From an uncultured Coriobacteriales bacterium (GTDB taxonomy: Bacteria; Actinomycetota; Coriobacteriia; Coriobacteriales; UMGS124): a DNA stretch of 64,000 nucleotides. The translations under genes were made by a program, and so were the position numbers. The stretch covers positions 1,811 to 65,810 of the forward strand of contig CAKUFZ010000003.1 of assembly GCA_934654475.1 (NCBI GenBank), given 5' to 3'. Shown in pieces: positions 35,623 through 44,468 of the stretch; positions within the stretch are counted from its first letter, which is position 1, and each line of letters begins with the position of its first letter. The notes under the pieces are model-generated. The model saw only the letters and a list, made by a program, of their open reading frames with translations, did no database searches and had not been told where the DNA came from.

Positions 35623-36013
35623 AAGAGCATCTCCTTTGGATAGGCGTTTGCAAGGAACGCCCGGTCGAACAAGAACGAGTCCGCTTCACTCCCTCGCGCA
35701 TGCCACACACGAGAATGGCGCGCGGAGCCCACGACCATCTTGTTCGAACATAGCGTCGTCTTGCGTTACGTCTCCTATCCTGACTCGATGCAGTCCTCCC
35801 CCGGCAGCCCCCGTTGGGAGTCGATACCACCAATCCCGCGGTCGCACCCACTATACCCCATGAGGGGGTTGTGTTGCTTTTACCTGGATGTATGCCGTAA
35901 GCCGACCACCATATGCCCGATTCGACACATCGTTGGCATCGCGCCTGCGCCTCGTTTGCTGCTCCTGGGTTGTATGATGGAACGACTCACGTTCACAGAA
36001 AGGGCAGCGAGCC

Positions 36014-37444
36014 ATGGCAATCAGCAACAATCAAGTCGAGCGGCACGATTCAGCGCAACCAAGCCTGTTGTCATCGTTTGTCATCCTCCTTGGTTACATG
36101 TTCGTCCCTTTCTCCATCCGCCTGTCAAACACGACGCTCTACCCGCTCTTCGACGCCGTGATGCCGCTCGCCCGCGACATCAACGTGGGAACGGGCGTGG
36201 CCGTAAGCCTGGTCGTGGTGATAGCTGCCCTTCACAAGCCGCGCCTGCTGAAGGCAACGCCCCTTGGTGTGGGAGCTGTCGCAGCCGCCCTCGTCGGCTC
36301 GGTCGTAATGGAAGTCGGGCTGACGCTCGGCTCACCCGTCCTTTTGTGCGCAGGCGCGATACTGCGCAGCATGGGCACTGCATGGACGAGCCTTCTTGCT
36401 AGCATCGCCTGCTGTGACCTCGCCTCGCGCTGGCTCCTTGCGGGAATCCCCGCCGCCTCGTTTGCCGGGTATGCCCTCTCCTGGGCAGTCGCCAGCCTGT
36501 CTGAGCAGGCGGCGCTCATCCTACTCGCAGCGAGCCCGCTTGCGGTCTATCTCTGCTGCCACACCGGCGCCAACAGGCTCGTAGGAGAAATCGCCGAAGC
36601 CCCCGCACAGGACGGAGCACGTCTCATGAGGCCTGCCTCCTATCTACCTTTTACCAACCGCATGTTCATATGCATGTTCTTCGCAACGGCGGTGCTTGGC
36701 TTCAACTTGCGGTTTGGTCCCGTCGAGGGGGGAGCGGCCTCCCCCTTCGCCAGTCTCTTCGCTCTGGCGGCCCTGGCACTTCTCGGCTGGTTCAGCACGC
36801 ACATACGCCTCTACGACGCAACCTTTAAGGCGGCCATCGTGTTTGCGGTCGCCGCGTTTCTCATCATGCCGCTCAGAAGCTATCTCCCACTGGCTCAAGA
36901 CCTGCTCACCGTAGCGGCGGCTTGCTTCGACACCGTATTCGCCCTCGTAATGATAGCCGCCTCCACCCGCAACCGACTCTCAGCCGTGACCGTTTTGTCC
37001 TGGGGCTCGGTCATGTCAACAGCTGGCAGCATCGTAGGGGCAAACCTGGGAGCCTTCGTGAGCGCGAGCGCCGCAAGCGACACGGCATTTCTCGCCTCGG
37101 CCACCGCAGCAACGGCGCTTGTGGCCTACGTACTGTTTGGCCTGTCCGATTTCAGTTTCGCCGGCACCATCGCCGGCATCGAACCTGTGCAACCCCTGCA
37201 AGTGCCCCAAGCCTCCGACACCCAGCGCTTCGAAGACGCCTGCGCGCGCGTCGCCCGGTCCGGCGGTCTCACCCCTCGCGAAACCGAGGTGCTCGCCCTT
37301 CTCGCCCGCGGCCGCAACAACGCCTTCGTGCAGGAGGAGCTCACCCTCACCCGCAACACCGTGAAGACCTACATCAAGCGCATCTACGCCAAGCTCAACG
37401 TCCACTCCCAGCAGGAGCTCATCGACCTGGTTGAGAAGGGATAG
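36014..37444 (+). CDS. Membrane-spanning LuxR-family transcriptional regulator
   Basis: GAAAGGG RBS. Multi-TM body plus LTPRETEVLALLARGRNNAFVQEELTLTRNTVKTYIKRIYAKLNVHSQQEL. Divergent from the flavoprotein gene. Confidence 0.8.
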   Translation: MAISNNQVERHDSAQPSLLSSFVILLGYMFVPFSIRLSNTTLYPLFDAVMPLARDINVGTGVAVSLVVVIAALHKPRLLKATPLGVGAVAAALVGSVVMEVGLTLGSPVLLCAGAILRSMGTAWTSLLASIACCDLASRWLLAGIPAASFAGYALSWAVASLSEQAALILLAASPLAVYLCCHTGANRLVGEIAEAPAQDGARLMRPASYLPFTNRMFICMFFATAVLGFNLRFGPVEGGAASPFASLFALAALALLGWFSTHIRLYDATFKAAIVFAVAAFLIMPLRSYLPLAQDLLTVAAACFDTVFALVMIAASTRNRLSAVTVLSWGSVMSTAGSIVGANLGAFVSASAASDTAFLASATAATALVAYVLFGLSDFSFAGTIAGIEPVQPLQVPQASDTQRFEDACARVARSGGLTPRETEVLALLARGRNNAFVQEELTLTRNTVKTYIKRIYAKLNVHSQQELIDLVEKG

Positions 37445-37525
37445 AAGTACGCCCACTGGCATTACGCATTCTTATCTAACGCATAATTCATTCACCGCGG
37501 TCGTACGGGATTTTGGAAAGAGAAC

Positions 37526-38431
37526 ATGGAAAGCAATCAGGAGCCCAACACAACCCCCACCCCACACGCCACCTTCCTCGGCATGAGCGCCGTGGCGGTG
37601 TGGGCGCTCATGGCGGGGTTGGTCAAACTCGTCTCCATGGGCTTCGGCGCCACGCTGGGTACGGCCCTGCTGTACACGATTGCGGCGACAGCGCTTCTCA
37701 TCGTACGGCCGCCCAAGCTCAAGACCATCCCCCGGCGCTACCTGCTCATAGGCGGGGCGCTCTTCGTGAGCTATGAGTCCGTGTTCGCGCTTGCCATCTC
37801 CATGACAACGAGTTCCATGCAGGCCGTCGAAGTGAGCCTGGTCAACTATCTGTGGCCCACGCTCACCGTGCTTTTCTGCGCGGCAGCCTCAGGGAAGAGG
37901 GGCGCCGTGGGGCGCGTGATACCGGGCGCCATCATCGCAACCATCGGCGTCATGGTGGCCGTGGGCGGCAACGCCGGCTTCACGGCCGCCCAGCTTGCCG
38001 AGCACCTGGGCGCAAACCCCGTCCCCTACCTGCTCACCCTCATCGGCGCCGTCATCTGGGCGCTCTATTCCACCGTCACGCCCAAAATCTCGCAGGGCGC
38101 CGACGCCACGTCGCTCTTCTTCGTCGGCGTTGCCACCACATTGTGGCTGGTCTTTTTCATCTCTGGCCCCTACCTGCCTGAACAGGCTCCTTCCGTGTCC
38201 TCGATCGCTGCCCTTGTGGCGGCGGCTGCCTGCGTGGCGAGCGGCTACACCCTGTGGGGGCACGGCCTCATCAAGGGCGACGTGCGCAAGATGGCGGCCT
38301 TCTCCTACGCCGCCCCCGTTCTCTCCACGCTGGCGAGCTCCATCCTGCTCGGCGTCTCGCTCAACCCCATCTACTGGGCAGGCACCGCCGCCGTGTTCGC
38401 AGGGTCTCTCCTCAACTGGCGCGCGGGGTAA
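37526..38431 (+). CDS. EamA/DMT-family transporter
   Basis: 301 aa with about 10 TM helices in two EamA-like halves. GGAAAGAG RBS. 81 nt downstream of the LuxR gene on the same strand. Confidence 0.75.
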   Translation: MESNQEPNTTPTPHATFLGMSAVAVWALMAGLVKLVSMGFGATLGTALLYTIAATALLIVRPPKLKTIPRRYLLIGGALFVSYESVFALAISMTTSSMQAVEVSLVNYLWPTLTVLFCAAASGKRGAVGRVIPGAIIATIGVMVAVGGNAGFTAAQLAEHLGANPVPYLLTLIGAVIWALYSTVTPKISQGADATSLFFVGVATTLWLVFFISGPYLPEQAPSVSSIAALVAAAACVASGYTLWGHGLIKGDVRKMAAFSYAAPVLSTLASSILLGVSLNPIYWAGTAAVFAGSLLNWRAG

Positions 38432-38552
38432 AAGTCGCAGGGTAATCAACTAAGACCCAGTGGCACCCATACGCATACTCCATCCAGGCGCTATACTCTT
38501 CCCTGACACGGAAGAAGGCTATATCCATAAGTGAACGCCGGGAGATGAACAC

Positions 38553-40229
38553 ATGGCACGGACGATATCCATTGGGGCACAAGGCTTTGCCGACATCCGT
38601 GAACACAACGACTTCTATGTCGACAAAACCGGCTTTATCTCCCAGTGGTGGAATTCGTCTGACCCCGCCACCCTTATCTGCCGCCCCCGTCGCTTTGGCA
38701 AAACGCTCAACATGAGCATGCTCGAATGCTTCTTTTCCTCGGCATATGCAGGGCGCCAGGATTTGTTCGAAGGTCTTGCCGTCTGGAACGATATCGAGTT
38801 GCGAGTCGAACAGGGCAGGTGGCCCGTCGTTGCCCTCTCATTCGCGGGGGCAAAGGGCGCGACCATCGAAGACATATCTCTTCGCATCCGCGAGCGCATA
38901 GCCCAAGCCTGGCGCAGCCACGCCGAAACGCTCGACTCAAGCCTGCTTCCGAAGAATGAGGCCGACGTACTCACGGGCCGCACAACCTACGTTTCAATCG
39001 AGAGCGCCCCGTCATCCTTGCTTCGCCTCTGTGAACACCTGTATCAGGCAACGGGCAAGCGCGCCATCGTTCTGCTTGACGAATATGACACCCCCATGCA
39101 GGAAGCCTGGATGGGCGGTTTCTGGGACGAGCTCACGGAATTCGTACGCAGCCTCTTCAACAACACGTTCAAAACAAACCCCTTCCTCGAACGTGCCGTT
39201 TTGACCGGCGTCACGCGCATCAGCCGCGAGTCCATCTTTTCGGACCTCAACAACCTCGCCGTCGTCACCACGACCACAGAGCAGTATGAGGACTGCTTTG
39301 GCTTCACCGAACAAGAGACGTTCGCAGCTATGGACGAAATGGGCCTCACGGAGCGCGAACAGGTCAAGGAGTGGTACGACGGCTTCTCTTTCGGGCATAT
39401 AACCGATATCTATAATCCCTGGTCAATTACCAATTACCTCAAGTACGGCACAGCTCAACCATATTGGGCGAACACAAGCAGCAATGCCTTGGCGAGCAAA
39501 CTCGTGCGCGAGGGGGATTCTCAAATCAAGGAAGATTTCGAGCGCCTCCTGCAAGGAGGCACGATTTCCAAAGTCCTTGACGAGCAAGTTGCCTTCGGTG
39601 AGCTGGGAGGCAAACCAGGAGCCGTGTGGGCGCTGCTGCTTGCCAACGGATACCTCAAGGTCGTGTCTCGCCAAACGATTGACCAAGGGGGCGCCTACGA
39701 ACTTGCGCTGACAAATCGCGAGGTAGCGCTCAGCTTCGACACAATGGTGAAAGGATGGTTCGAGCAAAGCGCCTCGTATTACAACGGCTTTATCCAGGCG
39801 CTGCTCGCAGGCGACCTCGACGCAATGAACGGCTACATGAATGATGTCGCCCTCGACACGTTCAGCCTGTTCGACTCGGGCATCCGCCCAGCCGAAAGGG
39901 AACCCGAGCGCTTCTATCACGGATTTGTGCTCGGCCTGCTCGTCGAGCTACGAGGGCGTTACGTCATCACGTCAAACCGCGAAAGCGGGTACGGCCGCTA
40001 CGACGTCATGCTCGAACCACTGGATTCCAAGCGCGACGACGCCATCATCGTCGAGTTCAAGGTGTTCAACCCCCGGCACGAGAAGAGTCTCGATGAGACC
40101 GTCGCCGCAGCCAAAGCGCAGATTGCCGAGAGGCGCTATGCAGCAGGTCTTGAAGCGCGCGGTATCCCGCAAGACCGCATCCGCACCTACGGCTTCGCCT
40201 TTAAGGGCAAGCAGGTGCTTATTGGTTAG
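38553..40229 (+). CDS. AAA-ATPase-like (PF09820-type) plus PD-(D/E)XK nuclease (DUF1703-type) domain protein
   Basis: N-terminus GAQGFADIREHNDFYVDKTGFI..ICRPRRFGKTLNMSMLECFF is the hallmark of this family. C-terminus ..GYGRYDVMLEP..DDAIIVEFK supplies the D..ExK nuclease core. Lower GC than the flanks. Confidence 0.8.
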   Translation: MARTISIGAQGFADIREHNDFYVDKTGFISQWWNSSDPATLICRPRRFGKTLNMSMLECFFSSAYAGRQDLFEGLAVWNDIELRVEQGRWPVVALSFAGAKGATIEDISLRIRERIAQAWRSHAETLDSSLLPKNEADVLTGRTTYVSIESAPSSLLRLCEHLYQATGKRAIVLLDEYDTPMQEAWMGGFWDELTEFVRSLFNNTFKTNPFLERAVLTGVTRISRESIFSDLNNLAVVTTTTEQYEDCFGFTEQETFAAMDEMGLTEREQVKEWYDGFSFGHITDIYNPWSITNYLKYGTAQPYWANTSSNALASKLVREGDSQIKEDFERLLQGGTISKVLDEQVAFGELGGKPGAVWALLLANGYLKVVSRQTIDQGGAYELALTNREVALSFDTMVKGWFEQSASYYNGFIQALLAGDLDAMNGYMNDVALDTFSLFDSGIRPAEREPERFYHGFVLGLLVELRGRYVITSNRESGYGRYDVMLEPLDSKRDDAIIVEFKVFNPRHEKSLDETVAAAKAQIAERRYAAGLEARGIPQDRIRTYGFAFKGKQVLIG

Positions 40230-40267
40230 CGTGCAGCTTTTGCTGATCCATCTACCGCCGGGCCCTC

Positions 40268-40321
40268 TCATCTCTTCGATGAGGTCGAGGAGCTCCTGCT
40301 TGCTGCAGACGTCGCATGGTT
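40268..40321 (-). pseudogene. Possible relic of a LuxR-regulator C-terminus
   Basis: The minus frame reads stop-PCDVCSKQELLDLIEEM. Compare the intact regulators ending NVHSQQELIDLVEKG, HIHSKQQLIDMVDKRA and GVHSRQELICLIDS. Only about 15 aa are similar, preceded by an in-frame stop. Confidence 0.25.
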
Positions 40322-40485
40322 ATTCCTCGCCGACTATCTAGCGCCCTGGGTTCCCGCGATGCGTGAAGGCAAGCGAGACAAACTCAACGGCCCGGCCTCC
40401 CTCGCATCACGCGAATGAGAAGCCGGGCCGTCCGCATTTCTAGACGAAGGCGGGTGTTGAACGCCTGACGAGACGTTCCGCGTCG

Positions 40486-41679
40486 TTACTCCCCCGCATG
40501 TGCATGCAGGTGCAACCTTGCAGGCAGGCTCGCCTCGTCTTGGGTCGCCAAAAGCTCAGAGAGCAGGCCCATCGTGTGGGCAAGGTTCGAGCGAGGATGC
40601 TTGATGGCCACCTCGAGCGGCACGCCCGTGCGGTTGATGCAGGCGATGTGGCTCACGCCCGCCTGGGCAGCCGAGGGCACCACCGTGTCGTCGATGACGC
40701 CCGCCACGGCGATGAGCGGGGTATGCACGGCCTTGCAGCGGCTCGCCACGCCCACCACGACCTTTCCGTGCAGCGACTGGCCGTCGAAGCAGCCCTCGCC
40801 GGAGAACACCAGGTCGGCCTCCTGCACGAGGTCGTCGAAATGCGCGGTGTCGAGCACGGTCTGCGTGCCCATCTGCAGCCTCGAGCCAAAGAAGGCCACC
40901 ATGCCCGCGCCCATGCCGCCGGCGGCTCCACCACCGGGCAGGTCGAGCACATCGGCACCCAGGTCGCGCTTCATGATGGCCGCCAGGTGTGCCAGGCCCG
41001 CGTCGAGCATGCCTACCTGCTCGGGAGTCGCGCCCTTCTGCGGGCCGAAGATGGCAGAGGCGCCGGTCACGCCGCACAGGGGGTTGTCGATGTCGCACAT
41101 GGTGACGATCTCGACGTCGCGGATGCGTGGGTTCATGCCCGAAACGTCGATACGCGAGATGTGGGAGAGCGTGCCGCCCACCGGCAGGAACTCCGCCCCG
41201 GTTGCGTCGTAGAACTTGACGCCGCATGCCGCGGCCATGCCCACGCCGCCCTCGTTGGTGCAGCTGCCGCCCAGGCCCATGATGACCTTCTTGGCACCGT
41301 GGTCGAGCGCGTCGAGCAGAAGCTGGCCCACACCAAAGGTCGTGGTCTTGTCAGCTCGGCGATTCTGCCCAACAAGGGGAAGGCCAGCGGCGGCGGCCAT
41401 CTCGATGACAGCCGTGCCGTCGTCGAGCATGCCATAGAATCCCTCGACCGGCTCGCGATAGGGACCGCACACCTCGCACGTGATGCGCTCACCGGAATTA
41501 GCAGCCAAAAAGGCATCTACCGTTCCCTCGCCGCCGTCAGCCATAGGGATCGTGTCGATGTGCACCTCGGGGAAGCGCTCCTGCAGCGTCTCGGCCATGA
41601 TGCGGCACACGTCGATGGCGCTCATGGTGCCCTTAAAGGAGTCGGGCACGATCAGGAAGTTCTTGTACAACGCAGGCAT
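40486..41679 (-). CDS. glxK: Glycerate kinase
   Basis: ..FLIVPDSFKGTMSAIDVC..IPMADGGEGTVDAF..GLGGSCTNEGGVGM.. matches the glycerate kinase family. Start at ATG 41679 (alternative TTG 41697). Confidence 0.85.
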   Translation of the reverse strand: MPALYKNFLIVPDSFKGTMSAIDVCRIMAETLQERFPEVHIDTIPMADGGEGTVDAFLAANSGERITCEVCGPYREPVEGFYGMLDDGTAVIEMAAAAGLPLVGQNRRADKTTTFGVGQLLLDALDHGAKKVIMGLGGSCTNEGGVGMAAACGVKFYDATGAEFLPVGGTLSHISRIDVSGMNPRIRDVEIVTMCDIDNPLCGVTGASAIFGPQKGATPEQVGMLDAGLAHLAAIMKRDLGADVLDLPGGGAAGGMGAGMVAFFGSRLQMGTQTVLDTAHFDDLVQEADLVFSGEGCFDGQSLHGKVVVGVASRCKAVHTPLIAVAGVIDDTVVPSAAQAGVSHIACINRTGVPLEVAIKHPRSNLAHTMGLLSELLATQDEASLPARLHLHAHAGE

Positions 41680-41755
41680 CCTTTCGACAAGAAACAAAAG
41701 CGGGGCCCGCGCATGTGCGCGTGACCCCGCGGGAGCACACAGGCGGCGTTGGTTT

Positions 41756-43162
41756 TTAGGCCAGGCCCATGGCGGAGCAGGTCATGTACACGATCCAAAC
41801 GTTGAGCACGCCGGCAATGCCGAGGATGCCCGTGGCGACAGTCTGGGTCTTGTAGCCCTGGTCAGGCTGCATGGCGCCGAAGTTGGTGACGACCCAGAAG
41901 TAGGAGTCGTTGGCATGCGACACGGTCATGGCGCCGGCGCCGATGGCCATGACGGCAAGCGCCGCGGCAACGGGGGTGTCAAGGCCGAGCGTCGCCATAA
42001 CGGGGGCGAGGATGCCGGCCGTGGTGGTGATGGCAACCGTGGAGGAACCCTGCGCGGTCTTGAGGATGGCCGCGAGCAGGAACGGGAAGAAAATGCCGAG
42101 CGCCTCGAGGGTGACCGCCTGCTCCTTGATGAAGTTCACCATATCGGTAGAGGCGATGACCTTGCCCAGAACACCGCCGGCGGCAGTGATGAAGAGGATC
42201 GGGCCCACGGTCTTGAGCGTCTCCTGGACCAGGTCGTGGAACTTGTCCAGGTTGGCGGTGACGGCAAGCTGGATGACGCCGAAGACGACGCCCATTGCAA
42301 GGGCGATCATGGGCGTGCCGAAGAAGGTGCACAGGTCGGCGCCGAAGCCGCTCCACTTGGCCATCGAGGAGATGGAGCCCAGAGCCATGAGCACGATGGG
42401 CACCACAATGGGAGCAAGCGTGATGAAACCGCCGGGAAGCTGGCCGTACTGGGCCTTGATCTCCTCGTAGGTGGCAACGTTGCCGCTTGCGTCGGCCTCG
42501 TCCTCAGCCTTGACGCGCTTGCCGATGAAGCGGGCGAACACGACGCCGGCGATCAGGGGAAGGATGGAGCAGACAACGCCCAGGCCCATGACGAGCAGCA
42601 GGTCGTTCTCAAGGCCGAGCGAACCGGCGGCGGCGATGGGGCCGGGCGTCGGCGGGATGAAGACGTGGCTGACATACAGGCCGCACGACAGGCACACGGT
42701 GAGCATGACCGAGCTTGCGGCGGTCTTCTGCACGATGGCCTTGCGGATGGGGTTCAAAATGACGAAGCCCGAGTCGCAAAACACCGGGATGGAGACGATC
42801 CAGCCCATGAGCTCCATGGCAATCTCAGGATGCTTCTTGCCCACGAGGGACACCACCATGTCGGCGAGCTTGAACGCGCCGCCCGTGGCTTCGAGGATGG
42901 AGCCCACCAGGGCGCCCAAGATAATGACGATGCCGATGCTGGTGAAGGTACCCGAGAAACCCGCACCGATGACGGAGGCGATGCCCGAAACGGTTGTGCC
43001 GTCTTCAAGCGTTCGGTTGACCAGCGGGATGCCGGCCACCAGACCAAACACCAGGGACACGAGCATGATGGAAATGAACGGGTGAATCTTGAACTTGGAG
43101 ATCATCACGATCATCGCCGCAATTGCGATGACGAAGGCGACGACCAACGCTATTCCGGTCAT
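41756..43162 (-). CDS. GntP-family organic acid:H+ symporter
   Basis: Track ORF trimmed to ATG 43162 (AGGAGG RBS). 468 aa polytopic protein of GntP-like sequence (..FISIMLVSLVFGLVAG..GALVGSILEATGG..). Upstream of glycerate kinase. Confidence 0.8.
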   Translation of the reverse strand: MTGIALVVAFVIAIAAMIVMISKFKIHPFISIMLVSLVFGLVAGIPLVNRTLEDGTTVSGIASVIGAGFSGTFTSIGIVIILGALVGSILEATGGAFKLADMVVSLVGKKHPEIAMELMGWIVSIPVFCDSGFVILNPIRKAIVQKTAASSVMLTVCLSCGLYVSHVFIPPTPGPIAAAGSLGLENDLLLVMGLGVVCSILPLIAGVVFARFIGKRVKAEDEADASGNVATYEEIKAQYGQLPGGFITLAPIVVPIVLMALGSISSMAKWSGFGADLCTFFGTPMIALAMGVVFGVIQLAVTANLDKFHDLVQETLKTVGPILFITAAGGVLGKVIASTDMVNFIKEQAVTLEALGIFFPFLLAAILKTAQGSSTVAITTTAGILAPVMATLGLDTPVAAALAVMAIGAGAMTVSHANDSYFWVVTNFGAMQPDQGYKTQTVATGILGIAGVLNVWIVYMTCSAMGLA

Positions 43163-43335
43163 GGAAACCTCCTGCCGAAGACGGGTACGTCGGCGCGCGA
43201 CCTCGGGCAGCCGCACACTTCAGCGCGGATTGTATGCGCAGCGCACGGCGAGGGGTTCCTCAGCACATTGTTATTCGGCGATTACTCCCATACGGCCACT
43301 CACCGCCGGTAAACGGCACCCACAACCACCCCACC

Positions 43336-43455
43336 CAGACGGAGGCTCATCTGCAAGGCGCACGGGGCCGATGTGCGCGGTGCGGGCCTTTGGCCTACTA
43401 GATGTACATGAGGTTCCGTGGAACGCGGCAGATGGGCCTCCGCGATCGGATGAGA
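43336..43455. repeat. Repeat family 2, single diverged palindromic copy
   Basis: cagacggaggctcatctgcaaggcgca..gcggtgcgggcctttggcctactagatgtacat..gggcctccgcgatcggatgag aligns with the units at 17.6-17.9 kb. The outer arms ggaggctcatctgc/gcagatgggcctcc pair. Confidence 0.7.
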
Positions 43456-43667
43456 TTTGCTCGTTAGATACCCCCAAACAAAGTGAGGCCCGGTGGGGGA
43501 CCGGGCCTCAAGGAGGGATGCGACGCTACCTGTTCGAATTATGGTGCGTCTTGACGGGTAAGGGGAGCCCGTCGCGCGTTCTTGAGGTAAGGGGGGCCTC
43601 AAGTGCCTGAAACGTATTATGCGCAAAGTAAGCCGACGTTTATGAACGTCATGTGCGTACACATTGT

Positions 43668-43730
43668 TGAAAAGAAACGCCCACGCCCTCGACATAAACG
43701 GCAGCACCGTCATGTCGAGGGTGTGGGCGT
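43668..43730 (-). terminator. Rho-independent terminator of the DtxR-family gene
   Basis: 19-bp stem acgcccacgccctcgacat/atgtcgagggtgtgggcgt with 1 mismatch. The minus strand is followed by TTTCTTTTC. Confidence 0.75.
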
Positions 43731-43767
43731 AGACGTACGAAACATCCCCCCGGTGTTCCGAACCCTG

Positions 43768-44247
43768 TTAGTGCTCGCTGTCCGCAGCGCCATCCTCGGC
43801 GCGCGACACCTGCGAGGCGGCCGAGACATCGGCACCCGCCTGCGCGAGAGCGGTGTGCACGCGGTCGAGCCAAACGCTCCAACGGTCGATGGTCTCGCTC
43901 GAGACAGTGTGCTCCATCTCGCACGCCTCCTGCTCGGCGAGCTCGGGATCGACGCCCAGGTCCTCGACGAGGAAGCGGCGCAGCATGTTGTGGCGCCCCC
44001 AAATCTCCTGGCCGTAGGCGCGACCGTGATCGGTCAGCGTGATGCGACCGTAGCGCTCCTGCTCGATGAAGTCGGCATCGCGCAGCGTTTGGACGGCCTT
44101 GTTGACGCTTGCCTTGGAAACCCCCAACAGGTTGGCAATGTCGACCGAACGAATCTCAGGGTGGTTCTGCGACTCCTCGAGTTCGACGATTGCCTCAATG
44201 TAGTCCTCGTGCGCAGGGGTAAGCGCAACGGCCCCTTCCACAGTCAT
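43768..44247 (-). CDS. DtxR/MntR-family metal-dependent transcriptional regulator
   Basis: Track ORF trimmed to ATG 44247. ..TPAHEDYIEAIVELEE..SVDIANLLGVSKASVNKAVQTLRDADFIEQERYGRITLTDHGR..RHNMLRRFL.. is the DtxR N-terminal wHTH plus dimerisation domain. Confidence 0.85.
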   Translation of the reverse strand: MTVEGAVALTPAHEDYIEAIVELEESQNHPEIRSVDIANLLGVSKASVNKAVQTLRDADFIEQERYGRITLTDHGRAYGQEIWGRHNMLRRFLVEDLGVDPELAEQEACEMEHTVSSETIDRWSVWLDRVHTALAQAGADVSAASQVSRAEDGAADSEH

Positions 44248-44468
44248 TTCTGGCCCCTTTCTGACCAATGGCATATTTACGCAGCTAGAAACGCCAATAT
44301 CATACCCTCGGTTTCGCAAGAATCAACTAATACACAAAGGATAACCCTTTTTGGCAGCGCGAAAACAATAGAGTGAACCCCAGTTCGTGCGTAACGAAGC
44401 GACCAGCCGGCCGTCTCGATAGCGCGTGGACGCGCATCTACAGGAACGCATTGGGATTGGAGCTCTTG

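Noticed and set aside
43300-43713. 137-aa minus-strand ORF in the GntP upstream region
   Set aside because: It spans a repeat copy and terminator hairpins. It has no RBS and an Arg/Pro/His-rich composition, so it is unlikely to be coding.
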